Shown here piece after piece: positions 36,638 to 46,901 of a DNA stretch of 54,704 nt. A model generated the notes under the pieces. It made no database searches. It was not told the origin of the DNA and saw nothing but the letters and a program-made list of their open reading frames with translations. Made by a program: the position numbers and the translations under genes. Every line of letters begins with the position of its first letter. Position 1 is the first letter of the stretch. Source of the DNA: a virus (taxonomy: Duplodnaviria > Caudoviricetes); IMG/VR virus record IMGVR_UViG_3300008448_000108, positions 1 to 54,704 of that record, one strand, 5' to 3'.

Positions 36638-37050
36638 TCAACCAAATCGGCAATATTAGTATAGATATCAACCGATGCACTAATGTCAATGTCTTTTTTG
36701 AGTGCTCTAATGGCTAGATCAATTTCATCACGAGGAACGCCATTTTGCTTTGCATCTGAAATTAGCTGACGCTTTTCTTCAACGTGCTCATTTACAATTT
36801 CAACATATCCTTGAATTACTGCGCTATTGGTAATTGCATTCTTTCGCTCTTCTCGCAGCTGCTTAATTTCATCATCAATTCTTTGAATGTCATCATTTGA
36901 TAAGATAGCTTCTCGCAATTCTGATTTTGCTTCCTTGATCTTGGAAGAAATAGCTCCAAGATCCTTAACGAAATTTCTAACTGCAGTTTTGTCGGCTACT
37001 TTTGGTTCTGGACTCAAAGGATTAATTGCACCAATTAGTTCACTAGACAT
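36634..37050 (-). CDS. Coiled-coil protein, possibly GapR/DsbA-like DNA-binding
   Basis: GAGGAGG RBS; EEKRQLISDAKQNGVP..EIDLAIRALK loosely resembles that pattern; function weakly supported. Confidence 0.45.
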   Translation of the reverse strand: MSSELIGAINPLSPEPKVADKTAVRNFVKDLGAISSKIKEAKSELREAILSNDDIQRIDDEIKQLREERKNAITNSAVIQGYVEIVNEHVEEKRQLISDAKQNGVPRDEIDLAIRALKKDIDISASVDIYTNIADLVE

Positions 37051-37099
37051 TCAACCTCCTCAATTAAACAGTTTGTACATATTATAAACTTCGAACAAC

Positions 37100-40000
37100 T
37101 CAATCTTCAAATACTTCATCGCCAGGTAGTCCTCTAAATAAAACCGAGGAATCATCTGACCAATTAGCTAGGCCCTTGCGCCTATCCATTATCATACCTG
37201 GGAGTTTTTTGGACCTCAAAGAATTCTTATTAGAATCTTTGGCCTGGTGATCTAATACGTAATTTCTATCTTTAGAACCAGCAGCCATTTCTTCATACAT
37301 TGCTTCTATTTCCTCCATATTTATAGAGGTTATATAGTTCTTAGAATTTGATTCTAATGATTCAGCAATAGTTTTCAAATCGTGAGTCAATCCCATCTTC
37401 TCTGCAGAGGCTCCAAGGATAGCTTGGGTTCTGGCATTATTTGCCGCAGAAGAAAGGTCGTCAATATCCAAAACGGCATCATCAACGCCTTGTTGTGTAT
37501 ACATATATTGTATATAGCTGCCTGCATTATTTTCATCAGATCTAGATATGACATCAAAATATTCACCAGGTAGATTTAGCCAATCAGTCTTTGAAATAAA
37601 GCTATTGATTGAAGAAATAACATTTGGATCTAATCCGCTTGGAGTTAGGATATCCTCAATGCCTACCTTCATTCCGTTTACATTTAAAGCGTTCAGTATT
37701 GGCTGAAGGTTATATACCTTGGTTATAAATCTTTTTAATCTTTCTTTCTCAATATTACTAATCGAAAATCCTCGTATTTCTGGATTATTTATAATCATAA
37801 GTGCTTTATAGGGACTTACCAACTGTGTAGATAACATAGAGCAGGCGTCATTTGCCTTATAACCCTTAGGATCCTTTGGTAATGGAAGCTGTGATTTTGA
37901 GCTATCAAATGGTATGTAAGAGCTATTGCTATTAAGCATTAATTGCCTGGTTGATATTTTGTCAACCTCTGGCTGAATAGTACTCAAGAAATCTCTCTTC
38001 AAGATTGCTTCTGCCATTTTCAAATCTTTTGGACTAGAAGAATATTCAGCTCTAGCTTGCATTAGGCTAGTTTCATATTCCTTTTTTGCTTCTATAATTT
38101 TTCTTTCAGCATTTCTTATGTAGTCTATATCTTCTGGGCTTCTTCCTCTTTGTAGTAGTGGAGTTATATTTAATGGTGCCCCTTCAAAGTTAACTTCAAA
38201 GTTGTAATCAAAGATGGCAATATTTTTTGCATTACTTACCTCTTGTTTAGAACCGCCGGAATTATACTTTGAATCTTCTACTGGTAGTAGCATACCAACA
38301 TAGCCCCAAGCATCTGAGAATCCACCAGAGTCTGAGAATAATGTATTTTCCCATTCAATATCTGATCCGCACCATCTAGTTTGATCTTTTACCTTAGGTC
38401 TTGTTGCTCCGATTTGTAGCTTGCTATTGTTAAAGTTTGGATGCATAACCAGAGGAGGCTCCTCTGGTGGAGAAGAAAGACCAACCTCTAAGCTTTGAGC
38501 TGTTATTCCAGAACGTAGAGATTCTGGTAGAGTTAGCTTTACATAATAGGAGTTTACAAGAGACCCCGCTGTGACACCTGTAAGGTCATCAGACTCTTTT
38601 AGCGTAACTTTTGAACCATCAATATTTTTGCAAACTATTGCAAAATTTGTAATAGGAACATTTATAACTTCAATTATAAATTCTTGGCCAAAAGAAATTG
38701 AGGTATTAAATGATTTTATATCTACAAGATCAGCCTTGCCCTTACCCTTTAGACCTATTTTTGATACAGCAGGAGATCTAGAAGAGCTAACTAGGAAATC
38801 ATTATTTATTATTTCATATTTAATTATAGATCTATCCTTTGGCGATAAAGTTTGTGATAATTTTTCATTCTCTTTTGCCAATATTAATTCCGCTTCTTCT
38901 TTGGAATCAGAAGAAATATTATATAAAGTAATAATGTTAGGCTGCCTATTTGGAGCGACTGAGAACTTACCAGCAGACTCTATTATCTCATACCTAATCT
39001 GACCAACATCTGATGGGGATAGTAATCCGTTTAATCTGCTATTCTCTTCAAAAAGGATCCTTTCTGCCTGCTGCCTTGTTGGAGCGGACATCGTTGCAAG
39101 TACTATTTTTGATGGCTGCCTATTTGGAACAATAGAAAAAGACTTTACCCTTTGCAAATCACTAACGAAGGCATAGCTTTTTGATACATAAGGAATTCGC
39201 TGCCTCATTGGAGAACGTCTATTTGTTTTAGTCTCAGGATTGTTGGGGTCGCTAGACATTCTCATAGTTTTTGCAGGAAGATTTCTAGAGAGATTATTTA
39301 GAATATCTCTAATAGATTGACTTGGATTTGTATCTTTAATTCTGTTTGCTACATATTTCTTAGCTTCAATCAAAGCCTGAGGAGAGAATACTGTATTTTT
39401 GACATCAGCCAATCTAAGCATTAGCTCATTATACAACAAGTCCATTCTTATTGGATAAGCCTTGGAGCCAGGAACTATAGAGGGGAAAACATCTTCAGAC
39501 TGATCACCCTCTAGTAGGTCTTCCAGAATGGAAGAAGGAAGTTTACCTATAAGAGTTGTAATTCCACCTGCATCTGCTGGATTTAATAATATCTGTGGGC
39601 TAGAAAGATCTATATTTAAATCAAAACCAACGTAATCAAATAAGTTGTTTTTGTTAAAATATTTCTGATATAGTTGTGACATTACCTTGGCTAAAGCTAT
39701 TCCGTATGAAACTATTACGAGCCTACCGCCATACGCCCGTGTTTCAACATTTGATCTTTGTGCTTTAAACCAAGAGTCTCTAATTAGATAAGATATAAAA
39801 TCACTATCCTTCATCATGATAGCGGCAAATTGTGCTCCAACATCTTCGGAATTTCTACCGTCTGTATACTTCTTGAAACTTGGTATTTCATACAGAGTAG
39901 TATCGACAGCTTGTAATATCACTTTATATGAGACTTCTTTATCAATGCTTTCGATATTTATTCCCTCCGCGTCAACAATATCATTCATATTTTCTACAAC

Positions 40001-43000
40001 GGAAAGGATGTGCGGAAATATATTCTTGATCTCTTTCTTGAGAGAACCTTCTACTCCAGTAACAAACTGATTGAATTTATCTCCTAAGTTTGGAAGTGTA
40101 GCCTTAGTTGTTGATAAAATCAAATTTCTATAGTTTTGTATAAACCTATCAGATATATCTTGTTCGGCTGGTTGTGAGCTTACAGCATTGAGCATTGCAT
40201 TAGATGTTGCTGCCTTAGTATATCCATTAATAGTATTTAGGTACTTCCTTATAATTTCCATCAAGGCATAGTATTTTGGCCTTGTTTGATTTAAGAATAC
40301 CATCTTCCATCTTTTATTTCTATAATCGTAACTGGATCTTAAGGGTAGAACCTGTGTTCCTGGTAGCTGTCTGCCTTCAACAAGTGAGGCTTCTGATAGG
40401 CTATCATACTGTTCCCCATCCTTATTCTCACCAGAGGCTGATAGAGACTCAATTCCAGACTGTGTTGAGCCTTCCCCATCATCACCTTCTACATCCCCAA
40501 TGGAAATTTTTCCAGTGATACGTGGCTTTGTCACAGATATCTTTGAAGTATATGTCTCTGTTGATAACCAGGCAGAATCTCTAACGTTATGCTTCTTGCT
40601 TAAGAAGTAATTTTTAATTACACCATTTTCATCTGGAACTTCGAAAATTAATAATGCCTTAGAATAATCTGGATTTTCTTTTTCTGCAGATACAATCCTA
40701 GCAGCTTCAGGTACGTTTAGCCAATCTTTATAAACTTTAGCATTTTTGTATGGTATAGAGCCATCATATTCTTGCAAAATACCTGTTGAAATTAACCTAC
40801 TAGCATTTTCCAATCCAGTTGCTACAGAAACATTTAAAAACTTAGAAGATCTGCTTGGATCATAATGAACTGCAGAATAAGCCTCTCCAAATTTTAAGCT
40901 ATCTTCAATTTTAAATCTATGTCCAAAGGGGCATACTAGATATATTTTACCTAGAATTCTATTGAAGGTTTCTGCATCACTAAAACTACCAATACCCTTT
41001 GATGGCTTTAGAGGCTTTGAAGCATAAGCTATAATCTCTGAAACTTTATTAATCCTTTCTTCTGACCTATAATCAAATGCAATCTTTCTGACCTCATGAC
41101 TATATTTTGCAGAGGTTTTATTCATTGCATAGTACTTTTCTAAATCGGCATTAAGAGCCATAATATCTTGTGGATCCATGCCATTTTGAACTAGGTAGTT
41201 TAAGAACTTATAATAGTCCTGAGGTGAATCCTTAGCAGTAGATAATAAGCATTCTAATATAAATTGATTTCCAGCATTCTCATCTCTATTGAAGGAAGAG
41301 ATTGAGGTTGGTGCTGCGCAAACCATAAATGCAACTGTTCCATTAGGAATACTTGCTTGAGATCCATCAGGATTTGTTGGTGGCACGAAGCTGCCACCGC
41401 CAGAAGGTCCACCCTTTGATATTACAAGATTTCTATGAAGCTTTGAAGAATCTTTGTCTGGATTAGAAATATGACATGGGCATGCAAAAGTTAATGATGA
41501 AAATTTATAACCACTCCTTAATAACACAGAAGAGGAGGGGTCAACAGCATCGGTGCCTTGAGAGATTCTTGCTGGTACATCTTCATCCTTTAATGATCTT
41601 AGGCTTCCATTAAATTGGGGCTGAGAAGCAATTCTAGATGAAAGTATAGTACTCTTCACAGGACTTGTACTTGCACCACAATAAGATCCTGGAGAGCCTT
41701 GACCATTATAAACTGGAAGTGAAGGACACTTAACAGCCATTTCGTTAATACTCTTTCTTCTTGAGACTTCCTTGCCGCCTGCTCCCAATAATGCAGCAGC
41801 CCTTCTATGCCAGCCCTCTCTGTGCTTTTGAGAGTCAGAGCTTAGAACTAGCGCAGTAATTTCATCCCATGTATATCCTTGAGAGGCTGCGTCTTGATTT
41901 ACTAGCTTGTTCACAAATTCAAATTCTAACCTGGCATTACGATCTTCACTTGCAGAACTCTTTTCTTCTTCAAGCTCCTCTTCTTTATATCTTCTGCCAG
42001 TTCGAGGTTTAAATCTGTCCGCATATTTTTTTACAATCTTATATCGGACATCTTCTCCCTGTATATTTCGGCGCATACTATCATCTGTCAGAACTGTGAA
42101 TGTTCCATCAGATTCTTCTTTGACGGGAGATACTACGGAAACAGTAAATCCTCTTTCTTCTTTTGGAATAGATGTATTGTAGCCGAGGGTTGAAGGAATC
42201 ATCTTAAAACAAACTGGGCATGGTCTTAATCTATAATCAGTTTCTATGTTGTAGACCGATGATAATCCCATGTTTATTATATATTGGAATTTAAGGCTTG
42301 ATGCAGAAATGAAATTATCAATAGAGCCATTAAAACTTGGAGAAAGGTAATTTCCTAATTTATTATAAAATGATTTAACTGCGGCAGAGGATGATTCAGT
42401 TAAAATCTCATCGTACTCTGATGGCTGAACGCCATAGCCCATTGCCTTTATATACTTCTCTAAAGAGCTATATGCTGATGCTAAAGCTGAAGAATCTGCT
42501 TTAAGCTGACTTGTACCTGCAGCAAAGAACTTAGAAGAGCGACCGCCAGAAAGTGATAAGGTTATATAATATAGAATATATTTGATACTTTGATCTGCTA
42601 TGCCAGAAACAATTGCTGAATTATTAAGTATTCTATAAGAACAAGCTCTTTCTAAAAACTCTTCCTTTACCTTATCAATTTTTAATAACTGTGCAGCTTT
42701 TACTTCGCTTTCTTTTTGTGAAGTTGGGATTATGGATTCTATTCTAGATCTGTATTCATTTATAGACTTATGAGTATCAAGCTCTGCCTTCTTTACTGTA
42801 TACATTATAGAATTAAATTCTCTAGATAAGCCACCCTTATTTTCAGAACCAGAACCCTTGGAAGCTAGCTTATACATATCTACAATTCTAGAAATTATTT
42901 TTGTAGAAAAAGATTCCAAAGCGGGCAAATCTATGCTAGGAAGATTGCCTGCAGATAAGTCTTCAAAAGTTGCATTTCTATCTGGAAAGTCAATAAAGGC

Positions 43001-44005
43001 GGAGCTATTCAAGAAGGAGCCATACTGACTTTTAATTCTATTTTTAATGTTTTCATCAGCAAGATATGAACTCTCATAAATTGAGACTCTTGCTTTTGTT
43101 ACAGTTCCAGATGATACTTGCTTTTCATCCTCAGAATCTTCGTCTGATTCTTCTTTTACATCTTCTTTTGATACTGCAGAATCTTCTTCATCATCTGTAA
43201 TTTCTAAGTCAGAATCTAGCTCTGCCTCTTCGTCATCAAAGTCTTTAGAAATCCCAAGGCCATATTCCAGCAGGGTTGTGATTGATGATAAGAGTTCACG
43301 CTCTAAATTTTTTCTTGGTGATTTAAAATAATCTTCTGCAACATCTAACATGTTTCTAAATACAACTTTTAAAGTATTTTCAGTTAGACCTTTCTGCTTT
43401 GAATAATCTAAATCAATATTGGGAGAATCAGGATTGAAATAGGCTCTAAGATCTTCTATTGTAAATAGGTCAGATATAATTGCTGCCTTATCTGAAATTT
43501 TTGTAGCTCCTCTAATTCTACTTACCTTCTGTTCTAGATTTAGGGATGTTGTAACGGGGCTGGGACCAGACATGGGAGTGGCGGTTGGGGCAGGAGATGG
43601 TGGTGCAGCAGTCTCTGTTACAGCTCCGCCTATTGATTTTGAAACCGCTTCGTTAAAGAATGATCTTAGCATATCTAGAGAAGATGAGAAATCTAGTTCC
43701 GAACCTGTAAAAAGATTATGGCCAAGAGACTTTCCAAGTCTAATTAATAAGGTTCTATAATATACATCTGCTCCAACCTGATCTTCCACTATGGATTTCA
43801 GGGTGTATTCAAAATCTGATGGGGCGGGTGGCTGCTCCAAACTCTGAAAATCAGAATACATTGAAGTTAAGATTGATACGACCTTTGACTCAAAATCTTG
43901 ACCTGGGTTTCTGCTAGTTCTAACCAAGTCTTTAATATAGGATGATAAAATACTCTTAGTATTATCAGATAGTGGCCCTGTTGATGCAGTCTTATAGATA
44001 TTCAT
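37100..44005 (-). CDS. Very large (2301 aa) protein of unknown function with several Cys/His clusters
   Basis: Uninterrupted ORF; begins IYKTAS; CPVC, CPCH, CPFGH. Confidence 0.85.
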   Translation of the reverse strand: MNIYKTASTGPLSDNTKSILSSYIKDLVRTSRNPGQDFESKVVSILTSMYSDFQSLEQPPAPSDFEYTLKSIVEDQVGADVYYRTLLIRLGKSLGHNLFTGSELDFSSSLDMLRSFFNEAVSKSIGGAVTETAAPPSPAPTATPMSGPSPVTTSLNLEQKVSRIRGATKISDKAAIISDLFTIEDLRAYFNPDSPNIDLDYSKQKGLTENTLKVVFRNMLDVAEDYFKSPRKNLERELLSSITTLLEYGLGISKDFDDEEAELDSDLEITDDEEDSAVSKEDVKEESDEDSEDEKQVSSGTVTKARVSIYESSYLADENIKNRIKSQYGSFLNSSAFIDFPDRNATFEDLSAGNLPSIDLPALESFSTKIISRIVDMYKLASKGSGSENKGGLSREFNSIMYTVKKAELDTHKSINEYRSRIESIIPTSQKESEVKAAQLLKIDKVKEEFLERACSYRILNNSAIVSGIADQSIKYILYYITLSLSGGRSSKFFAAGTSQLKADSSALASAYSSLEKYIKAMGYGVQPSEYDEILTESSSAAVKSFYNKLGNYLSPSFNGSIDNFISASSLKFQYIINMGLSSVYNIETDYRLRPCPVCFKMIPSTLGYNTSIPKEERGFTVSVVSPVKEESDGTFTVLTDDSMRRNIQGEDVRYKIVKKYADRFKPRTGRRYKEEELEEEKSSASEDRNARLEFEFVNKLVNQDAASQGYTWDEITALVLSSDSQKHREGWHRRAAALLGAGGKEVSRRKSINEMAVKCPSLPVYNGQGSPGSYCGASTSPVKSTILSSRIASQPQFNGSLRSLKDEDVPARISQGTDAVDPSSSVLLRSGYKFSSLTFACPCHISNPDKDSSKLHRNLVISKGGPSGGGSFVPPTNPDGSQASIPNGTVAFMVCAAPTSISSFNRDENAGNQFILECLLSTAKDSPQDYYKFLNYLVQNGMDPQDIMALNADLEKYYAMNKTSAKYSHEVRKIAFDYRSEERINKVSEIIAYASKPLKPSKGIGSFSDAETFNRILGKIYLVCPFGHRFKIEDSLKFGEAYSAVHYDPSRSSKFLNVSVATGLENASRLISTGILQEYDGSIPYKNAKVYKDWLNVPEAARIVSAEKENPDYSKALLIFEVPDENGVIKNYFLSKKHNVRDSAWLSTETYTSKISVTKPRITGKISIGDVEGDDGEGSTQSGIESLSASGENKDGEQYDSLSEASLVEGRQLPGTQVLPLRSSYDYRNKRWKMVFLNQTRPKYYALMEIIRKYLNTINGYTKAATSNAMLNAVSSQPAEQDISDRFIQNYRNLILSTTKATLPNLGDKFNQFVTGVEGSLKKEIKNIFPHILSVVENMNDIVDAEGINIESIDKEVSYKVILQAVDTTLYEIPSFKKYTDGRNSEDVGAQFAAIMMKDSDFISYLIRDSWFKAQRSNVETRAYGGRLVIVSYGIALAKVMSQLYQKYFNKNNLFDYVGFDLNIDLSSPQILLNPADAGGITTLIGKLPSSILEDLLEGDQSEDVFPSIVPGSKAYPIRMDLLYNELMLRLADVKNTVFSPQALIEAKKYVANRIKDTNPSQSIRDILNNLSRNLPAKTMRMSSDPNNPETKTNRRSPMRQRIPYVSKSYAFVSDLQRVKSFSIVPNRQPSKIVLATMSAPTRQQAERILFEENSRLNGLLSPSDVGQIRYEIIESAGKFSVAPNRQPNIITLYNISSDSKEEAELILAKENEKLSQTLSPKDRSIIKYEIINNDFLVSSSRSPAVSKIGLKGKGKADLVDIKSFNTSISFGQEFIIEVINVPITNFAIVCKNIDGSKVTLKESDDLTGVTAGSLVNSYYVKLTLPESLRSGITAQSLEVGLSSPPEEPPLVMHPNFNNSKLQIGATRPKVKDQTRWCGSDIEWENTLFSDSGGFSDAWGYVGMLLPVEDSKYNSGGSKQEVSNAKNIAIFDYNFEVNFEGAPLNITPLLQRGRSPEDIDYIRNAERKIIEAKKEYETSLMQARAEYSSSPKDLKMAEAILKRDFLSTIQPEVDKISTRQLMLNSNSSYIPFDSSKSQLPLPKDPKGYKANDACSMLSTQLVSPYKALMIINNPEIRGFSISNIEKERLKRFITKVYNLQPILNALNVNGMKVGIEDILTPSGLDPNVISSINSFISKTDWLNLPGEYFDVISRSDENNAGSYIQYMYTQQGVDDAVLDIDDLSSAANNARTQAILGASAEKMGLTHDLKTIAESLESNSKNYITSINMEEIEAMYEEMAAGSKDRNYVLDHQAKDSNKNSLRSKKLPGMIMDRRKGLANWSDDSSVLFRGLPGDEVFED
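38805..39140 (-). repeat. Tandem ~58-aa internal repeat in the 2301-aa protein
   Basis: FS..PNRQP..I.L......AE.IL..EN..L...LSP.D...I.YEII twice; ggctgcctatttgga at 38940 and 39114 (174-nt spacing). Confidence 0.8.
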
Positions 44006-44006
44006 A

Positions 44007-45404
44007 CTATTCCCTCAATTCTAAACTGTTATATTCTTGTTTGATTTCCAAAATCTTAGATTTAATTATACTATTTATTTCAGAAAATCCTTCTTCTTCA
44101 GATCTTGTTTTTGCAGTAAGCGCTCTGGAATTACTAGAAATATTAATAAAACCACAATTGGTATTGTTAATTTTATTTATAATATCCTTATCCCCAGATT
44201 CCAGCTTGCCTGAGATTTCATCATTCAAGCCAATTAGATTACTTAAAATATTCTTACAGCCCTCGTCCCGCTTTGAGATGTCATACAGCTTCCATAATGG
44301 ATGCATAAGTAATGCTTTAAAGTATTCTTGTCCATAAATCCCATTTGCTTTTATGTTAGAGAGATCGTCAGAAAATAGATGGGAAATATTTTTATTATTT
44401 ATAAATATTTCTTTATGCAGAAGAGTCATTTTCTCATTACCTTCTCTTGGAATTGGCAACAATATTCCAAATATTTTATTTTGAATATTTCTTTCTGCAT
44501 CCTTTTCTGGACTTTTGACTATCGCCTTCTTGGACCCAAAAAATAAATTTCCAATCAACGGAGCATCTATATGAAACCCCGAAGTATTGGAAATTGGATT
44601 TGGATTGCATTTTTTATACTCTAAGCTTTTAAAATCCAGAATATTTTGCAGCTCATGCAATCTTTCAATTGCCTGATTTTCACCCATAGTATTTTTTAAT
44701 ATAGATGGCAAAATCTGGATTGCTTTATCAAAATACTTAAAAGCATTATTTTCTATAGAATTTATAACATTATCTAGCTTTAGCTCATAAGAGATTAACT
44801 CTTCAAGGGTCATCTCATCCCTATATTTAGGTAAAGATTCTTCCAGGTATGCGCCTATAGAATAGGTTGCCGCCTGACACCTTGCTCGTTTTTTTGCCAA
44901 AGTTATCGGCTCAATATTAAGAAGATATTTTAAACTTTTTTTATCTAAGAATTTTTTCTCTATATCAAATGAGCTATTGTTTTTTGTGCTCTGCCTTTTA
45001 ACTAGCTCATAATAAAGTTCAGAGTTTTGGACGTAATTAAACTCTTGAACTCTAGAATTCTTCATAGCTTGTGCATTATAATTTATAAAATTAATTTTCT
45101 TAATTATTTTATTAATCAATGCAGACTTGCTTATTGGTGCATGATCAATATTCTTAATTTTATAAATTTCAAAGAATTGAGATCTGGAAGTTCTATAAAT
45201 AGATATAGCAGCAGCAACATCAGCTATATCTTCAAAGCACATATCCTCTAGGGGCAGGTTTATAAATTCTTTCTCTATTGAGATAATTCTTTTCTGTGCT
45301 GGAGAAGGATCGTCGCTTCTTTCTAGCCTTGATATTTTATATCTTGCTATATCCTTCTCATTATGTATATATTTTAATATACTATCTTGCACTCCGGGAT
45401 TCAT
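44007..45404 (-). CDS. Hypothetical protein (465 aa)
   Basis: Long ORF coupled to both neighbours. Confidence 0.75.
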   Translation of the reverse strand: MNPGVQDSILKYIHNEKDIARYKISRLERSDDPSPAQKRIISIEKEFINLPLEDMCFEDIADVAAAISIYRTSRSQFFEIYKIKNIDHAPISKSALINKIIKKINFINYNAQAMKNSRVQEFNYVQNSELYYELVKRQSTKNNSSFDIEKKFLDKKSLKYLLNIEPITLAKKRARCQAATYSIGAYLEESLPKYRDEMTLEELISYELKLDNVINSIENNAFKYFDKAIQILPSILKNTMGENQAIERLHELQNILDFKSLEYKKCNPNPISNTSGFHIDAPLIGNLFFGSKKAIVKSPEKDAERNIQNKIFGILLPIPREGNEKMTLLHKEIFINNKNISHLFSDDLSNIKANGIYGQEYFKALLMHPLWKLYDISKRDEGCKNILSNLIGLNDEISGKLESGDKDIINKINNTNCGFINISSNSRALTAKTRSEEEGFSEINSIIKSKILEIKQEYNSLELRE

Positions 45405-46149
45405 CCTTCAACTCCAGCTCTTCATTTTCTTCGCTCTTATCTGCATCAGAATTTACATTGAATATATTTTTAATGCTTGTCTTGCTTGCCAGCTTCTTAA
45501 GCCTCATTGATGCTGCCCAACCTGAAAGACCTACTTCCTCAGCAGCATCCTTAATAGAGTAATCATCATAATACATTAGCTCTATAATCTTGCGTGTCTT
45601 TGCGTCTAGTTTCTCACAGGCGTTATCTAGGGAGGATTCGAAGTCGGACTTTTCTGTTCGATTCCTAATTAGAGAAGAATCATACCCTGTCTTGCCATCT
45701 TCAGAAATTGTATTCTCAAAAGGGACGCTTTGGGAATCTGAGTCGGTAGCAGGCTTAAATTGACTAAAGTATAGTTCCTCTCTAACCTTCTTGATTTTCT
45801 GTAAACTTGGTTCCTTATCCTTTAGGTTTAGGGCAAAGGCGTCATTAGACATCTTATTTTCACTACGAAGAAATGAAATCTTTTTATTATGAATATGCTT
45901 ATGCAAGAATGTAGATAGCTTAATCTCGCGGTGAGGATCGAAAGCTTTAATACCCTCAATAGCGATTATCGAAAGCTCACTTTTTGCATCTTCAAATTTA
46001 TAACCAGGAATATACATTGTTGAAGCAAACTTATTCAGCAGAGGATCAATTTTTGCCAAAACTTGATCAAACCCTTCGCCTGTATTGGTATCAACATAAT
46101 ACCTAGAATCATAAACTTCAACATAAGCACGATAACCTTTTTCTTCCAT
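45382..46149 (-). CDS. Sigma-70 family RNA polymerase sigma factor (likely start MEEKG)
   Basis: Region 2-like FEDAKSELSIIAIEGIKAFDP...LSTFL; region 4 LDAKTRKIIELMY...SIKDAAEEVGLS; GGAGG RBS at ATG 46149. Confidence 0.75.
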   Translation of the reverse strand: MEEKGYRAYVEVYDSRYYVDTNTGEGFDQVLAKIDPLLNKFASTMYIPGYKFEDAKSELSIIAIEGIKAFDPHREIKLSTFLHKHIHNKKISFLRSENKMSNDAFALNLKDKEPSLQKIKKVREELYFSQFKPATDSDSQSVPFENTISEDGKTGYDSSLIRNRTEKSDFESSLDNACEKLDAKTRKIIELMYYDDYSIKDAAEEVGLSGWAASMRLKKLASKTSIKNIFNVNSDADKSEENEELELKDESRSAR

Positions 46150-46159
46150 TTTGCCTCCA

Positions 46160-46891
46160 TTATACATCCCAACTGTTTTGACATAGACTTTGATAGTCGC
46201 ACCAATTACACAATATAGAAGGTTTCTTTTCCCACTCAACACTAGTATCTATAGACTTGCCAACTTTGAGTACCTTATTTATAGTATCTTGATAATGTTC
46301 ATCTTTAAACTCATAATCTAAGGTATCGCAGTTATTCTTCAATAGAATATAAGAACCACTTATTAATTCAGCATCTTTGTAGATTTCCTTTATAGCCAAA
46401 GCATATAGCAGCAGCTGAAAATTTGAAAGATACTTTGGATTTTTATTTGTCTTGTAGTCTACAACTTTATAATGACCTGGAGATACTTTATCTATCCGAT
46501 CAACAAATCCTCTTACAGTAAACTCGCCAATCTTAAAATCAAAATTTAACTCATTTGCAATTACCTGAGGTAAGCCACCTTGTAAAATTTTATTTAGATA
46601 AACTTGTAAAACATCTTTAAGCGCAGGAAGCTCTGGTTTTAATATATCCATATCAAATTCGGTAAGTGCAGACTTAAAAGATGATTTCATAATTCCAGAA
46701 TACTCAGCAGGATTTCTGACATTATCACAAAGATCCTTATGAAATAATTCTAAAACTCTATGGGCGCACTTTCCAAACTCTAAATGGCTCCAATCCTGCG
46801 GTGGGATCGGTGGCTTTTCAATATATTGATAATGGTATTTTTTAGGACACTTTTCATAAGTGCCGATAGAAGAAGCTGAAAGTTTTATCAT
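46160..46891 (-). CDS. PD-(D/E)XK RecB/Cas4-like exonuclease (likely start MIKLSAS)
   Basis: LSASSI..YEKCP, G..AH..LE, GFVDRID, VVDYKT, QLLLY, CNWCDYQSLC (4-Cys Fe-S pattern). Confidence 0.85.
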   Translation of the reverse strand: MIKLSASSIGTYEKCPKKYHYQYIEKPPIPPQDWSHLEFGKCAHRVLELFHKDLCDNVRNPAEYSGIMKSSFKSALTEFDMDILKPELPALKDVLQVYLNKILQGGLPQVIANELNFDFKIGEFTVRGFVDRIDKVSPGHYKVVDYKTNKNPKYLSNFQLLLYALAIKEIYKDAELISGSYILLKNNCDTLDYEFKDEHYQDTINKVLKVGKSIDTSVEWEKKPSILCNWCDYQSLCQNSWDV

Positions 46892-46901
46892 ATTAATCCT
46901 G

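Noticed and set aside
46160-46891. Cas4-like nuclease as a sign of a CRISPR-Cas system
   Set aside because: No cas1/cas2/effector genes and no repeat-spacer array seen; solo Cas4/RecB-like nucleases are common in phages
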